64,000 nt of DNA, taken from IMG/VR virus record IMGVR_UViG_3300031695_000001, one strand, 5' to 3'. The position numbers and the translations under genes were made by a program. Under the pieces are notes generated by a model. That model did no database searches, was not told where the DNA came from, and saw nothing but the letters and a program-made list of their open reading frames with translations. This DNA is from a virus. This document shows, piece after piece, positions 27,766 to 38,273 of the stretch (positions are counted from its first letter, which is position 1; the number at the start of each line of letters is the position of its first letter).

Positions 27766-27794
27766 ATTATATACTCTGTGCGTAACAATGTCAA
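27766..27794 (-). promoter_or_regulatory. sigma70-type promoter of gp32 (about 80-nt leader)
   Basis: TTGACA-N17-TATAAT; AGGAGG RBS. Confidence 0.85.
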
Positions 27795-27833
27795 GTCTTT
27801 TTTAAAGAAAAAGAAATAAAACTTATAAGTGAG

Positions 27834-29816
27834 TTAGCGTAGTCCTGCTAACTTACGAATTCTGTCATGCTCGCCTGTGTCTGGTGCTTCCATTTGCTGT
27901 GGTTGTGTTTGCATTTGATATTGTTCTACAGTTGCTTGCAACCGCTCAATAAACTGCTTTGCAGGAGTAATGTACTGTTCTCCATAGTCTTTTTCGATCA
28001 TAGTAAGTATTGCTGTTTCACCTTTTGGAAATTCGCCTGCATCTCTGTCGTAGTAACTAACGATAAACTCACCTAATGGAGTCTTTTGCTCTTTAGGTGC
28101 CGGTGCGTCTTCTTTGCCCATTGCTGGATCATCGCCGCATTCTGCTTCATCTTCTTTGGCATTTCTGTCAAAGTCAGTTGTGTATAAGTATTCTATTACA
28201 GGGTACAACGTGTTTACAATTTGATTACCAAACTTGCCGTTCTTGCCCGAATCTGCATCACGCTCTAATTTCTTAGCTTCGCCACGTAGTGTCATCATTG
28301 CTTCAATAGCTGCCATAGCATTTTTATCTAGGCCTTTAAAGCCCTTTGTTCTTGCTTCAATGAAACTATATACGTCCCATACATCGTTTGCATATGCATT
28401 TGCTAAGTTGCCTTGATGATCGTCTTGTCCACGTTCAATCTTTTTACCTTTGCCACGTAATGCACCTAGTACATCAATAGCATCTTTACTTGTGTTAATG
28501 TATGCTTCGCTAACTTCTTCTTCATTAACATCAGCAAACTGTCCCATTAGTCCTTCAAAGTGTGCATCAATTTCAGATTCTTCTACTGATTCACCTTTCA
28601 TTGCGGCAAATCTATCTCTTTGTGCTTTTTTAGCGGCTTCATCTTCGGCATCCATCTTTGCAACACCAGCGTCTCTATGCTTTTGTAGAGCATCGCCTTT
28701 TAGTTTGTGTGCTAAGTCTGCTTTGCCATGTTGTTTGCCTGCTAAACTCTTACCACCATTATAAGCGCCTGCTTTAGCCGCTTGGTCTGATGCACTTGAT
28801 CTAGCTTCTTCAATTTCGTCATCAGATGCTTCACCTAATAACTCTTCAGGCCCTAGTGCTAATGCTTTAGTATGCTCGCTTACTAGCTTATAGATATATG
28901 GAAATATATCTGATAGTTCTTCGTTAAACTGTCTAATAGTAAGTTGATCAACCCAGTTACTTGAAACATCTTCCGGAACGTCTTCAAGTATAGTTGATTC
29001 AAAATTTGCAACTGCTTCTGCGTATACATTTTTACGTTGCAGTGTTTCTACTGTACGTTTTACTGCGTCAATACGATCATTTATTACGTCTGAATATTCT
29101 GCAAGACTTTCAGCCATGACACCGTTTCTTGACATATGATTCTTAAATTTCTTTAGCTTATTAAGCTCTTCTGACATACCAACAATGTGTTTGCCAAAGT
29201 CATCATACGCATTACCGCCTTCTGCTACGTGTCGTGCCATTGCTCTTGCACCATTCAAATGTTTGAACGGATACTTAAAGCGTTCGCCTTCTACACTTTC
29301 AATATGAATAGTCCCAATCTTTTGTGTGCGTCCGCCTGCACGTTCTTGGTTAACACTTTCAGTGTGCTTAATAACTATTCTTGCGCTGTCTACGTTTTGG
29401 TAACTTACTTTACCAGTTCCGTATAATTTTGATTCTGTCATGTTGTCGTCTCCGGAATTTGTTGCTAGGTATTTATAATCTCTTTTGTTTAAATTCGACT
29501 TTGTGATATCCCTAACGTCAAAGTTTAAAAGTCTTTTCCTAGCAAAACTCCTAAGTTCTTTTAAGAAGCTATACCAATTACTTTTTTGAATACTTTGTTC
29601 TTTAGTAAACAGTTCGTTATTATACATAATAACTACCCCGTCTTTTTCGCTTATGCTGACGCTAACATTACTATCTTCATCGTATTTAAAGTCAAAATAT
29701 CTAGCATCTGTAGGAACATTAGTTACATTTCCTTCTTGGTCACCGATAGTTACTTCACTGAAACGTCCGCGTATCTTATTAAACAGCTCTTCACTTATTT
29801 TATCTAAATCTAACAT
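27834..29816 (-). CDS. Hypothetical late protein, probably head-internal
   Basis: ATAAATA box 5 nt before ATG 29816; acidic linkers with (L/I/V)xE sites; C-terminal RIRKLAGL. Confidence 0.6.
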   Translation of the reverse strand: MLDLDKISEELFNKIRGRFSEVTIGDQEGNVTNVPTDARYFDFKYDEDSNVSVSISEKDGVVIMYNNELFTKEQSIQKSNWYSFLKELRSFARKRLLNFDVRDITKSNLNKRDYKYLATNSGDDNMTESKLYGTGKVSYQNVDSARIVIKHTESVNQERAGGRTQKIGTIHIESVEGERFKYPFKHLNGARAMARHVAEGGNAYDDFGKHIVGMSEELNKLKKFKNHMSRNGVMAESLAEYSDVINDRIDAVKRTVETLQRKNVYAEAVANFESTILEDVPEDVSSNWVDQLTIRQFNEELSDIFPYIYKLVSEHTKALALGPEELLGEASDDEIEEARSSASDQAAKAGAYNGGKSLAGKQHGKADLAHKLKGDALQKHRDAGVAKMDAEDEAAKKAQRDRFAAMKGESVEESEIDAHFEGLMGQFADVNEEEVSEAYINTSKDAIDVLGALRGKGKKIERGQDDHQGNLANAYANDVWDVYSFIEARTKGFKGLDKNAMAAIEAMMTLRGEAKKLERDADSGKNGKFGNQIVNTLYPVIEYLYTTDFDRNAKEDEAECGDDPAMGKEDAPAPKEQKTPLGEFIVSYYDRDAGEFPKGETAILTMIEKDYGEQYITPAKQFIERLQATVEQYQMQTQPQQMEAPDTGEHDRIRKLAGLR

Positions 29817-29827
29817 GTAAGTATTTA

Positions 29828-31408
29828 TCAATAACTACTGCTAATAAAGATAGGCATGGGCGGTTCGTAATCTTCAATTTGATCTGCTTGTGTAAACGTA
29901 TTATAGATCTTAGGATCCCAGTCTTTGAGTACCGCCATCATTCTTATTGCAAGAAGTGTAGCACTAACTAAGTCATCACTTTGGCCACCTTTAGCTTGAT
30001 AACTACTACCTGTTGCAACAAAGTTTTTAAGCTCTGATATAAAAGGTTTACTGTGTACAGTCATTTTATCATTCTCTAGCATAGTTTTAAGTCTACTACA
30101 TGCTGTAATTTTAGTACCATGTGTAGTGTTAAATCCTTTACGGAACTTTCTTACATGTCCTTTGCGCATAGGTTCACTTACAAATAGTCCAGGTATATTC
30201 TCTTCACCAAAGTCATTAATAACAAGTAAACATGCTTCGCCTATACCATTGTTTTCAACACTCCAATATATACCGTTAGTGTTGCCAGTTTCTGATTGCA
30301 AGTATGTGCAGATATCTGCAAGCACTCTTATTTGTCCAGGAATAGCTGTTGTGTTATGTTGCCACTCAGCTACTTGTATGTAACTAGGTAATTCAAATAC
30401 TTGTATAGCGGCGTTGTCGCCACCAGTACCCATACTAGGATCAAGGGCAACAGCGTATGTATACTCCGGTGTTGGCTTTTTATACCAACGGGTTTGTCCC
30501 ATATTAATTAGTGGGGTAGTGCCTTCCATAGTTGCAAGTTTAATACTGTTAACAAGTGTTTCATCATACACAAGGAATTCACAGTCATATTCACGGCGGA
30601 ATCTTTCCTCGCCAATGCGTCCTAGTTCTTCTTGTTTCCATTTAGCATCTCTATCTGGATGCTCTTCCCAATAACTACGGAAGCTATGAAACCCATTTTG
30701 GCCTAGTTCTTGTTCATTGCCATGCTCGTCAAACTTATCTTCAGCACCTTTCCAAATTGTAGCAAAAGTATCTTCATCACTATTTGGTGTGCTTGTAAGA
30801 ATTGCTCGTCCACCAGTAGCTAGTGTCGGAGATATAGAAGTCCAAAAGTCAATAGCAACATTAGGTTGTACAAATGCAAACTCATCACAGTATAGTAATG
30901 ATATAGACATACCACGTCCTGTGTTGCCTGTTGTCGTAGCACTAACAATACGTGATCCGTTTTCAAATTCAATACTACCTTTGTTGTAGTTTGTAACACC
31001 AGCACGTATATGGTCTGGGCACATTTCATAGAGATAGCGTATGCGTTGCATAATCTCTTGTGCGCCTGTATACTTGTGTGCGGCAATTAGAATAGTTTGA
31101 TCAGGTACAAACATTGCGTACCACGCTAAGTAGATTGCCGCACATGTTGTTTTGCCTGTTTGTCTAGGCAACATGTTAATATTAAATCGATAGTTGTGAT
31201 AGCTTGCAAGTAGACGTTCTTGATATTCAAATGGATCAAAAATAAGTTTACCTCTTACAGGATGTTGAATAGTTGCAAACTTTCTAGCAAAGTACATGTA
31301 TCCTTCATCTGGCTCCATACACTTCATTAAGTCTGCAATTTGTTCTTCAGTAAACGTTTCTTGTCTATTTGCTTTCTTAATTAAGACGCCGTCTAGTGCT
31401 GTTGCCAT
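29828..31408 (-). CDS. terL: Terminase large subunit (gp17-like)
   Basis: PRQTGKTT, YCDEFAF, TSTPN, LDPSMG, VENN, DDLVSA motifs. Confidence 0.96.
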   Translation of the reverse strand: MATALDGVLIKKANRQETFTEEQIADLMKCMEPDEGYMYFARKFATIQHPVRGKLIFDPFEYQERLLASYHNYRFNINMLPRQTGKTTCAAIYLAWYAMFVPDQTILIAAHKYTGAQEIMQRIRYLYEMCPDHIRAGVTNYNKGSIEFENGSRIVSATTTGNTGRGMSISLLYCDEFAFVQPNVAIDFWTSISPTLATGGRAILTSTPNSDEDTFATIWKGAEDKFDEHGNEQELGQNGFHSFRSYWEEHPDRDAKWKQEELGRIGEERFRREYDCEFLVYDETLVNSIKLATMEGTTPLINMGQTRWYKKPTPEYTYAVALDPSMGTGGDNAAIQVFELPSYIQVAEWQHNTTAIPGQIRVLADICTYLQSETGNTNGIYWSVENNGIGEACLLVINDFGEENIPGLFVSEPMRKGHVRKFRKGFNTTHGTKITACSRLKTMLENDKMTVHSKPFISELKNFVATGSSYQAKGGQSDDLVSATLLAIRMMAVLKDWDPKIYNTFTQADQIEDYEPPMPIFISSSY

Positions 31409-32169
31409 TAGTGTTCAACCTCCCACATTCTACCGTGCTTCATAAACTCACCTATAATATTAACACTACGTCTGCGCTCAATAGGATCAATTCGCGGAGT
31501 AACACTATGTACACTGTGGGCAACATTTAAAAACATACCAAAACTATTTGCTTTATACGGAATTTCAACATGCGGAATATGTATATCATCTTCTACAACT
31601 CGTGTTTGTAAGGGTTTAAAACTTTTTACTTCTTTAATAGTTTGATGTATTGTAAAGTTTCCACCTGCTGATTTGTCAATATCTTTTTTCATATACAACA
31701 ACCCTGCGTATATTTCTTTTGGATTATCTAAGTGCGGAGTTCTTGATGTACTTGTTTGGTCAACTGGTTCGTGTACTACAAGTTGACAGTCGGTAACATG
31801 TTTACCTTTTGACAGTTTGCGCACCCCTACAGTATCTGTAATTAAGTTTTCGTAAAACTCTTCGCCATAATATTGTAATATGCCCTTTTCAAATAACTTA
31901 GCACAATCTCTAAAGTATTCTGGACTAGTATGAAATTCAAAAAAGTCTTCCCATATAGCTGGCATAACTGCATCTACATGCGCCTGTCGGCTTTTATATC
32001 TATAACAAATGCCTTCATCACCTGCGTCAGTACTGCATACTAAGTCTTCAGGAAATGATTTTTCTAATTCGTTGTATACATTTTGTGGCAATGCATTGTC
32101 AACAGCCACATAAGGATACGGAAACGATTCTACTGTTTTACAGTTTTGTATTACACTCAATTTGTTCAT
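31408..32169 (-). CDS. 2OG-Fe(II) oxygenase
   Basis: PYPY..VDN.LP, PHLD, HSV, RR motifs. Confidence 0.8.
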   Translation of the reverse strand: MNKLSVIQNCKTVESFPYPYVAVDNALPQNVYNELEKSFPEDLVCSTDAGDEGICYRYKSRQAHVDAVMPAIWEDFFEFHTSPEYFRDCAKLFEKGILQYYGEEFYENLITDTVGVRKLSKGKHVTDCQLVVHEPVDQTSTSRTPHLDNPKEIYAGLLYMKKDIDKSAGGNFTIHQTIKEVKSFKPLQTRVVEDDIHIPHVEIPYKANSFGMFLNVAHSVHSVTPRIDPIERRRSVNIIGEFMKHGRMWEVEH

Positions 32170-32188
32170 ACAAGTATTTACTCAAAAG

Positions 32189-32210
32189 AATAGGACCCGG
32201 AGGTCCTATT
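32189..32210 (-). terminator. Rho-independent terminator (cUCCGg loop)
   Basis: AATAGGACC-TCCG-GGTCCTATT-CTTTT. Confidence 0.8.
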
Positions 32211-32230
32211 GAGTTTGTATCTTGTTAATG

Positions 32231-33553
32231 TTATCTAAAAGATATATTTCTAATTGCTTCTAAAGTAGCTTCGTGCTCTAACGTAGCTTCATCTTTTTGG
32301 TCAAGCGTTGATTCATCGTTTTCGCTATTAATAATAGATAAAATTGTATGCTCGGAAGGTCCACGTCCATTACTCCAATCATCTACAACTTCATCTGCTA
32401 TTTTTTGAATTTCGTTGTCTGCTATTGGAAATGTTATGTTTCGATCAGTGATTGCACTAACTACTTCATCATACCAAGACTCGATCGCGGCTTGATTATG
32501 TTCGTCTGTGTCTTCATTAGCTTCGTCATGAACGTCGTCCCACATATCAGCCATTTCAGGATGTTTTCTTACAAATTCGTCTTTTCCCATTTCCTGTGCA
32601 TCTTGATGTATGTCTGACATTGCACCTTCGTTTTCCATCTCTTGTGGAGCAGATACACCTGAAAGTTCTGCTAGCCTTGCAAGTTCAGCATTAGCTTCTT
32701 TGCTTTTGCCTGTAATACTATAAGAAGTATCAGCTTCGTCAGTATCTTCTTCGTCATCATCATCACGCTGTGCAATCGCTTGGCTCATTGGCTCTTCTTT
32801 ATTGCCATCATTGTCTAAGTCTGGAAAGTCTGGCTTTGGTGCATCTTTACCTGTCTTTTCAGCAAGTGCGGCATATAACTCATCTTTAATAGATTCAATT
32901 TGTGCATCTAAATCATCTTCAGTTGCTTCGTAGCTTGATTCTGATTTTGGCATCCACCAGTCGCCGCCTTCATCATCACAATCGTGACTGCAATCTGATG
33001 TGGGCTTGTGCATTTCATCACCACAGTCTTTACATACCATTGTTTCATCCATGCCGCCTTCAACTGCTATTGGATTGTCGCCATCAGCTGCCGGTGCATA
33101 TTGACCTTTCTCACGGTTGATGCCGCCAGCTAAGTCACGTGTCATTGTTTGTGTATCAAAATACTGTTCATCTGGCTCAGTTGTTGAAGCACTAAATCCG
33201 CCGCTCATGTCTTCATCAGCTTCGTCATCCTTTGGATTCATTTGTGGCATATCATCCATTGGACTATCTGTTGGTCCGTCCATATCCATTGGTCCGTCCA
33301 TCGGCATCTTCATAATGCTAAGTGCTTTGTCCATTGGCATATGATCTGAGTGTGGCATATCCGTTGGGCTAACTACTTTAGCATCTGGAGTATTACCTGT
33401 TCTCATAATGTTTACAAGTTGTGCAACTTCGTCTGCATTATCGCCTGTCATTGAAATATTCATCGAAGCAGTTTCACCCAACGGGTTCGTTGTTTCGTTA
33501 ATTGTCTTAATGTCTTTATCTAACTCTGCTAATTTAGCTAATAAGTCTTTCAT
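32231..33553 (-). CDS. Highly acidic low-complexity protein, prohead core/internal-protein-like
   Basis: D/E/M-rich; KPDFPDLDNDGN EF-hand-like loop; RLAELSGV motif; AGGAGG RBS. Confidence 0.55.
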   Translation of the reverse strand: MKDLLAKLAELDKDIKTINETTNPLGETASMNISMTGDNADEVAQLVNIMRTGNTPDAKVVSPTDMPHSDHMPMDKALSIMKMPMDGPMDMDGPTDSPMDDMPQMNPKDDEADEDMSGGFSASTTEPDEQYFDTQTMTRDLAGGINREKGQYAPAADGDNPIAVEGGMDETMVCKDCGDEMHKPTSDCSHDCDDEGGDWWMPKSESSYEATEDDLDAQIESIKDELYAALAEKTGKDAPKPDFPDLDNDGNKEEPMSQAIAQRDDDDEEDTDEADTSYSITGKSKEANAELARLAELSGVSAPQEMENEGAMSDIHQDAQEMGKDEFVRKHPEMADMWDDVHDEANEDTDEHNQAAIESWYDEVVSAITDRNITFPIADNEIQKIADEVVDDWSNGRGPSEHTILSIINSENDESTLDQKDEATLEHEATLEAIRNISFR

Positions 33554-33554
33554 G

Positions 33555-34118
33555 TTATACGCCTCCTACTGGGCTTTTAGTGTTTTCAGTATCACCTATA
33601 TCGGCACTTTCACCCTTAGGTGTTCCTGCTGTAGGATCAATTATACGCTCACTTCGAGCTGTTTCTAGTTCTTTAAGAAGGTCCATAACTCTGCTGTCTC
33701 CAACTTTGTCTTGGGCGCTTTCGCCTCCCATGTCTTCGGTTTCTAGTTTAGTTTCATAAGGTTCTTTTGTCTTAGAGTCTGATTGGTAATCTTCTCTAGG
33801 ATCATTCATGTTTCTTACTATAAAATACGCCTGATTGCATCCACAACTATCAGCAATATATTCTTGCAACACTTGTGATGTAGTAGGGTAGTTCATTTCT
33901 GCTTCCCAGTAAGTAACTTCCATATTTTGTAATTGTGGGAAATCTAACGGACGTTCCTGTATTGGTGTAGCTTTACCAGCACTCATGCTAATAAGTTCAA
34001 ACTTTTGTAAACATGTTTCCATGTCATCTTCGATTCCTTCTGGCAATGCACCTGCATAACCTATCTTGAACGAATAAGTCTTTTTAGACTCTAATAAAAT
34101 TTCTGTAAACGATCTCAT
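33555..34118 (-). CDS. Hypothetical late protein with capsid-targeting-like N terminus
   Basis: MRSFTEILLE N terminus; ATAAATA box at 34137-34143. Confidence 0.6.
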   Translation of the reverse strand: MRSFTEILLESKKTYSFKIGYAGALPEGIEDDMETCLQKFELISMSAGKATPIQERPLDFPQLQNMEVTYWEAEMNYPTTSQVLQEYIADSCGCNQAYFIVRNMNDPREDYQSDSKTKEPYETKLETEDMGGESAQDKVGDSRVMDLLKELETARSERIIDPTAGTPKGESADIGDTENTKSPVGGV

Positions 34119-34135
34119 GATTAATTCCTTATAAA

Positions 34136-34633
34136 CTATTTATCCTCTGACATACCTTTTAGCTTCTCAATTAAGCTATTTCTGTCAGTGACGACATAAC
34201 CTGCACCGTTAACTATACCAGCTTGTGACTCCGGATTACCGTCTTTGTCTTGTTTTTCTTTTTTAAGTTGTAACTCGACTATTTTTAATTTGTTATTAAG
34301 TTTAGCTACTTTGGCATCTAAACTAGTTTTAAGCATGCCGCCTGCTACTTCAAATACTCTACCACTATAACGTGCTTCAACATTCATACCCAAATCCATT
34401 AATTCGTCATATGCTGTCATTGCTTTGTCTGCAATTTCGTTAAGCTCAATATCTGCCTTTTCGCCTAAACCTTTTACACTAGGCAATGCAGAAGATATTT
34501 TATCAAACTCGGCAATGTCGCGCTTAGTTTCTTTTTGATCAACTAGTGCAGTTTCGGCCTTTGTAGCTTTGCTTGCATTAATTATATCTTGCGAGTCAGG
34601 TAAGTTTAATAGTTCTTCAAGTTTTTTTGTCAT
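34136..34633 (-). CDS. Terminase small subunit (gp16-like)
   Basis: Helical, GRVFEVAG motif, coiled coil, C-terminal DRNSLIE; near terL. Confidence 0.6.
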   Translation of the reverse strand: MTKKLEELLNLPDSQDIINASKATKAETALVDQKETKRDIAEFDKISSALPSVKGLGEKADIELNEIADKAMTAYDELMDLGMNVEARYSGRVFEVAGGMLKTSLDAKVAKLNNKLKIVELQLKKEKQDKDGNPESQAGIVNGAGYVVTDRNSLIEKLKGMSEDK

Positions 34634-34658
34634 TTTGTGTTTCCATTAACTGCTACTA

Positions 34659-35288
34659 TTATTTAGCAGAGTTAGGATCATTCAACCATTGTTCTTTGGT
34701 CATGTGTATATACCAAGCTCTGTACGGCTTTCCTAACCCTTCACCGCCTGGATTATACAAATAAGGAACTAACCAATCAGGGTAACCTTTACCTGAGCCT
34801 GCATTATTTGTTTTGATAAAGACTTTATCTACATACTGAAATACATCATTTAAGAAAAATATATAATCAAATTTTTCACCTGGCTCTAAAAACTCTTTAT
34901 CAAACTCTGTTCTACTAGCAATAAACAAATCATACTTGCCCGGAAAGTCCATAGGTTTGCCGTTGTAAATGTACAAGTGATGCCTTTTTAAATTAATTAA
35001 ATCACAACACTTTTTAAACATTGGACCTGTAACTTCTTCTTCAATATCAGTAGCTTCAACATGTATACCTTTTTGCATAAGCACATATGGTAACATTCCT
35101 ACCCCAGTGCCAATGTCAATTGCTGTTTTAACATCTGTTAGCATGCCAAATTCTTCAGCTTTTTTAACCATATATTCTTTCTCTGAGAAATGTCTATCCC
35201 ATTGTCTAACATACTTTGCACCTCTTACAAATTTACCAGTTTGCATTGCTATGTCTGTCATTTGTTCTTTATATTGTTCTAAATCCAT
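34659..35288 (-). CDS. SAM-dependent methyltransferase
   Basis: IDIGTGVG motif I, ATD motif II. Confidence 0.75.
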   Translation of the reverse strand: MDLEQYKEQMTDIAMQTGKFVRGAKYVRQWDRHFSEKEYMVKKAEEFGMLTDVKTAIDIGTGVGMLPYVLMQKGIHVEATDIEEEVTGPMFKKCCDLINLKRHHLYIYNGKPMDFPGKYDLFIASRTEFDKEFLEPGEKFDYIFFLNDVFQYVDKVFIKTNNAGSGKGYPDWLVPYLYNPGGEGLGKPYRAWYIHMTKEQWLNDPNSAK

Positions 35289-35722
35289 TATCTTTTTCCA
35301 TTATGATAGATATCGCCTTCGTTTAAAATACGAAATTGAATACCTTTTTGTTTACACCAAGCATACGCCGCTTCCCATTTTGCTTGGTTAACTATCCAGT
35401 GTGCTTGGTTGTGGGCGCTTTTGCCCACAAGGCTTTTGTGTGTTTGATTGGCTGGCTTTATTTCTATGAGTTCAACTTTTTGTTTACCTTTTTTATCACC
35501 GTAAGCAATAAAAAAGTCTGGTACGTATATTGTTTGCTTGCCAGTTAATGGGTTTCTATATGGAATTTTTATACTTTCACTTGCCCATTGTGTAATTGCA
35601 GGATTGCCGTCACAGAATTGCATGAAGGTATATTCCCAACTGCTTCTGTATATTGGAGCTTTGTTACCTACGAATTTTTCCGGATTCTTTAACGTATATC
35701 TACCCTGAGCAAACCGACCCAT
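35288..35722 (-). CDS. gp4: Head completion nuclease (T4 gp4-like, TnsA fold)
   Basis: KNPEK, YRSSWE, WASE, YVPDF, EIKP, VNQAKW.AA motifs. Confidence 0.9.
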   Translation of the reverse strand: MGRFAQGRYTLKNPEKFVGNKAPIYRSSWEYTFMQFCDGNPAITQWASESIKIPYRNPLTGKQTIYVPDFFIAYGDKKGKQKVELIEIKPANQTHKSLVGKSAHNQAHWIVNQAKWEAAYAWCKQKGIQFRILNEGDIYHNGKR

Positions 35723-35723
35723 A

Positions 35724-36086
35724 TTACACTACTATGTTTCTGTTTTCAGTCCTTGGCGTTTGAGTTGTAATCTTATAACCAAGTGTACTAACTTTTTGTC
35801 TATTGTGATTTAGTATTTCAGCAACAATTTGACTAATTGCAACATCTTCTAATCCAGTTAATGTATCAAGCAATGTCATTACATTTACATCGTCAACCTT
35901 TGCTTGTAGTAATAGTACAGTAGCAACACCAGTAGCACTTGCTATGTCAAACCCTCTTTTTTGAAAGAAGCCTACTACTGCGTCAACTTGGTTAGCAGGG
36001 TAACTAATAGACTCAGTAAAGTAATTGTTAAAGAATGCTTTAACTTCATTGCCGCTGTCTGTTGGTACTAAGTTTAATTCTGCCAT
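35724..36086 (-). CDS. Hypothetical protein
   Basis: 120-aa ORF within the tail/head operon. Confidence 0.75.
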   Translation of the reverse strand: MAELNLVPTDSGNEVKAFFNNYFTESISYPANQVDAVVGFFQKRGFDIASATGVATVLLLQAKVDDVNVMTLLDTLTGLEDVAISQIVAEILNHNRQKVSTLGYKITTQTPRTENRNIVV

Positions 36087-37214
36087 TTATCTAGGTCCAT
36101 TGTTAATTTTTGCTTGTTCGACTTTAGTTGAATAGTTAGGAGAAGTAGTTTCAACACTGCCACCGCTTGTATCAGTTGTTGATGCAGTTGATGCAGTCTG
36201 TTTTGGAAACGTAGTATTTTTAAGACCACTAGCATTTTCTTTAGCAACACTTCCTAATGCACCTGTTAATATATTAAATCCTTCTTCTATTAATCCTTGT
36301 TTAGATAAACTTTTTGCATTTTTAAACGTATTAAATGTATTCAATGCAGAGCCAAGATTAAACGTGCCGCCTGCTAAGTCTCCTAATACACTACTTAGTC
36401 CATTGGCTACACCGCCTTGACCAAAAAGACTGCTAGTTCCGCCGCCTGCTACAGTTAATGGACTAGGTGTTTGGTCATAATGCTCTTGAGCAAAGCCTCT
36501 TGGAGAACCTTCTCCAGTAGCTCCTCTACTATAAAATATTGATTCGTATGCAACAGTCATTTGATTTTGTAGCGTAGTACTAGCGTCAGCTTGATCCATA
36601 CTGTCATGTTGAAAGCCAGTTATTATTGGATTAACTAAAGTAAATCCTGTATACTGATGTCTGGCCATTTGATAAATTGTAATTTTATTAAAGAACGGGT
36701 CAACTGAATCGTTGTCAAACCCGTAACGGTATTTGTGATCCTCTGCACCTTTGTATGTGTTTCTTGGTGAATAAGGTGCTGATACACCGTCTGCATAATG
36801 AGCGCCGTCTGCATAATAATATCTATAGTATGCTTCCATTAGCATTGTAGTAATGCCTAAGTTGTCATCATGGAATGTAATGTTTACTGGATCGTATTCT
36901 AAACTAGTTTGTAAATTCTTTTTACGATTGTACATGTTTTTAGTTACAGTGTTCATACTTACTTTTGGTAAGTCGACTGATTTAACTAATAAGTTTATTT
37001 CGTTTTTATGTCGTTGATCTAATTGTGGCAAATTTGCCGACGCAGTTGGACTTAGTTCTATTACAACATGGTAAAGGAACTTTGCCTTAGGTGCCAGCCT
37101 AAACGCATCATCAGTATACAGTCTAGCCGCATGCTGAAAGTCTGCCATGTCACCTTTTGGGTTAGTAGTGCCGCTTAATACGTTATCAAGAAACCCATTT
37201 AATATGTTTGCCAT
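36087..37214 (-). CDS. Tail-tube-fold protein (gp19/gp54-like baseplate-tube junction)
   Basis: VKSVDLP...YNRK...YDPVNITFHDD tube-fold pattern; late box and AGGAG RBS. Confidence 0.7.
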   Translation of the reverse strand: MANILNGFLDNVLSGTTNPKGDMADFQHAARLYTDDAFRLAPKAKFLYHVVIELSPTASANLPQLDQRHKNEINLLVKSVDLPKVSMNTVTKNMYNRKKNLQTSLEYDPVNITFHDDNLGITTMLMEAYYRYYYADGAHYADGVSAPYSPRNTYKGAEDHKYRYGFDNDSVDPFFNKITIYQMARHQYTGFTLVNPIITGFQHDSMDQADASTTLQNQMTVAYESIFYSRGATGEGSPRGFAQEHYDQTPSPLTVAGGGTSSLFGQGGVANGLSSVLGDLAGGTFNLGSALNTFNTFKNAKSLSKQGLIEEGFNILTGALGSVAKENASGLKNTTFPKQTASTASTTDTSGGSVETTSPNYSTKVEQAKINNGPR

Positions 37215-37262
37215 CGAACTCTCCTTACTAATATTTATCTATAACATAAAGTACGCAGATTA

Positions 37263-38183
37263 TTAAAGTAAGTAATTTTGTTCCATCCAGTAAGATAACT
37301 TCTCAGCAAAAAGTTTACTGGATTCTGGTCCAGGATGCCCGCCATCTCTTGCAAGGTCTTCGGTCTTTAATCCTTCATTAGGATATAAATTTGGAGCATT
37401 AATTTTATCTAACGTATATAATGTTTCCATATCCCAAGATGCAAATACTATTCTTACCTTATTTGCCTTTGCGCTTTCTGTAATTATAGATACAGCATAT
37501 ATAAGATTCATTATAAACATGCTATTATCATATGTGGCATATATGCCTGTCCACTTCTTTTCCTGGCTTTTATTAAACTGAGGATTCTTCCAGGGTAGCA
37601 GTTGCAGATCCATCGCTCCATCTGATGAAATTTCAGCGCAATCTACTCTATGCAAACTTGGTAATAATATAACCGCATAATTTAAATTTAAAACTTGTTG
37701 TGTTGCTACAAACGTTCTGGCAATACGTAATACACTTGCACCGCCTATGCCAAAATTATACTTACACATGTTATAGTGTTTAGAAAGTAATGTAGTCCAG
37801 AGTTTTGACGATTCTACGCCTTCACCATACGTATTGCTACAACCATAAAATCCTATGTTTGGTCGTTTAGCTTTGTTTCTCCACACGTCCCTAAACCCAT
37901 ATTGATTTATAGTATACTGCCAGGGGTCCTTATCAAAGTTTGGTGCTTCTTGTTCGCGTATGTACGGATACTGCCAATTTAACGAATCTAGAGGAACACC
38001 ATGTCTATTTTTGATATCTGCTAAGAAATCTCCCCTAAAGTTTCCAAATTCTACTAATTCTGCTAGAGACTTAACATTATATGGTGATAGGTATCTTGGG
38101 TCTAGTTTTTCGTTAGTTATAGGACCGGGGTTTCGTTCCTTTAAATTGAGACTTTCTAAATCTGTTCTGATTGGATAATTCAT
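37263..38183 (-). CDS. SGNH-like hypothetical protein
   Basis: INQYGFR, FYGCSNTYGEG, NFGIGGAS, ARDGGHPG motifs. Confidence 0.7.
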   Translation of the reverse strand: MNYPIRTDLESLNLKERNPGPITNEKLDPRYLSPYNVKSLAELVEFGNFRGDFLADIKNRHGVPLDSLNWQYPYIREQEAPNFDKDPWQYTINQYGFRDVWRNKAKRPNIGFYGCSNTYGEGVESSKLWTTLLSKHYNMCKYNFGIGGASVLRIARTFVATQQVLNLNYAVILLPSLHRVDCAEISSDGAMDLQLLPWKNPQFNKSQEKKWTGIYATYDNSMFIMNLIYAVSIITESAKANKVRIVFASWDMETLYTLDKINAPNLYPNEGLKTEDLARDGGHPGPESSKLFAEKLSYWMEQNYLL

Positions 38184-38219
38184 ATAGTATTTATTTTACT
38201 CAATAGTAGCAGAGATAAA

Positions 38220-38241
38220 AAAAGGAACCGAAGCTCCTTTT
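38220..38241 (-). terminator. Rho-independent terminator after tail tube gene (UUCG loop)
   Basis: AAAAGGAGC-TTCG-GTTCCTTTT followed by T run. Confidence 0.85.
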
Positions 38242-38273
38242 AATAATAACAATATGGCACTTAGGTTATATTA

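Noticed and set aside
926-31408. Inteins or introns in helicase, UvsW, UvsX or TerL
   Set aside because: Lengths are ordinary and motifs are contiguous; no intein splice-junction blocks were seen
35288-35722. TnsA-like nuclease as evidence of a Tn7-type transposon
   Set aside because: Motifs and position match the T4 gp4 head-completion protein; no other transposition genes or ends were seen
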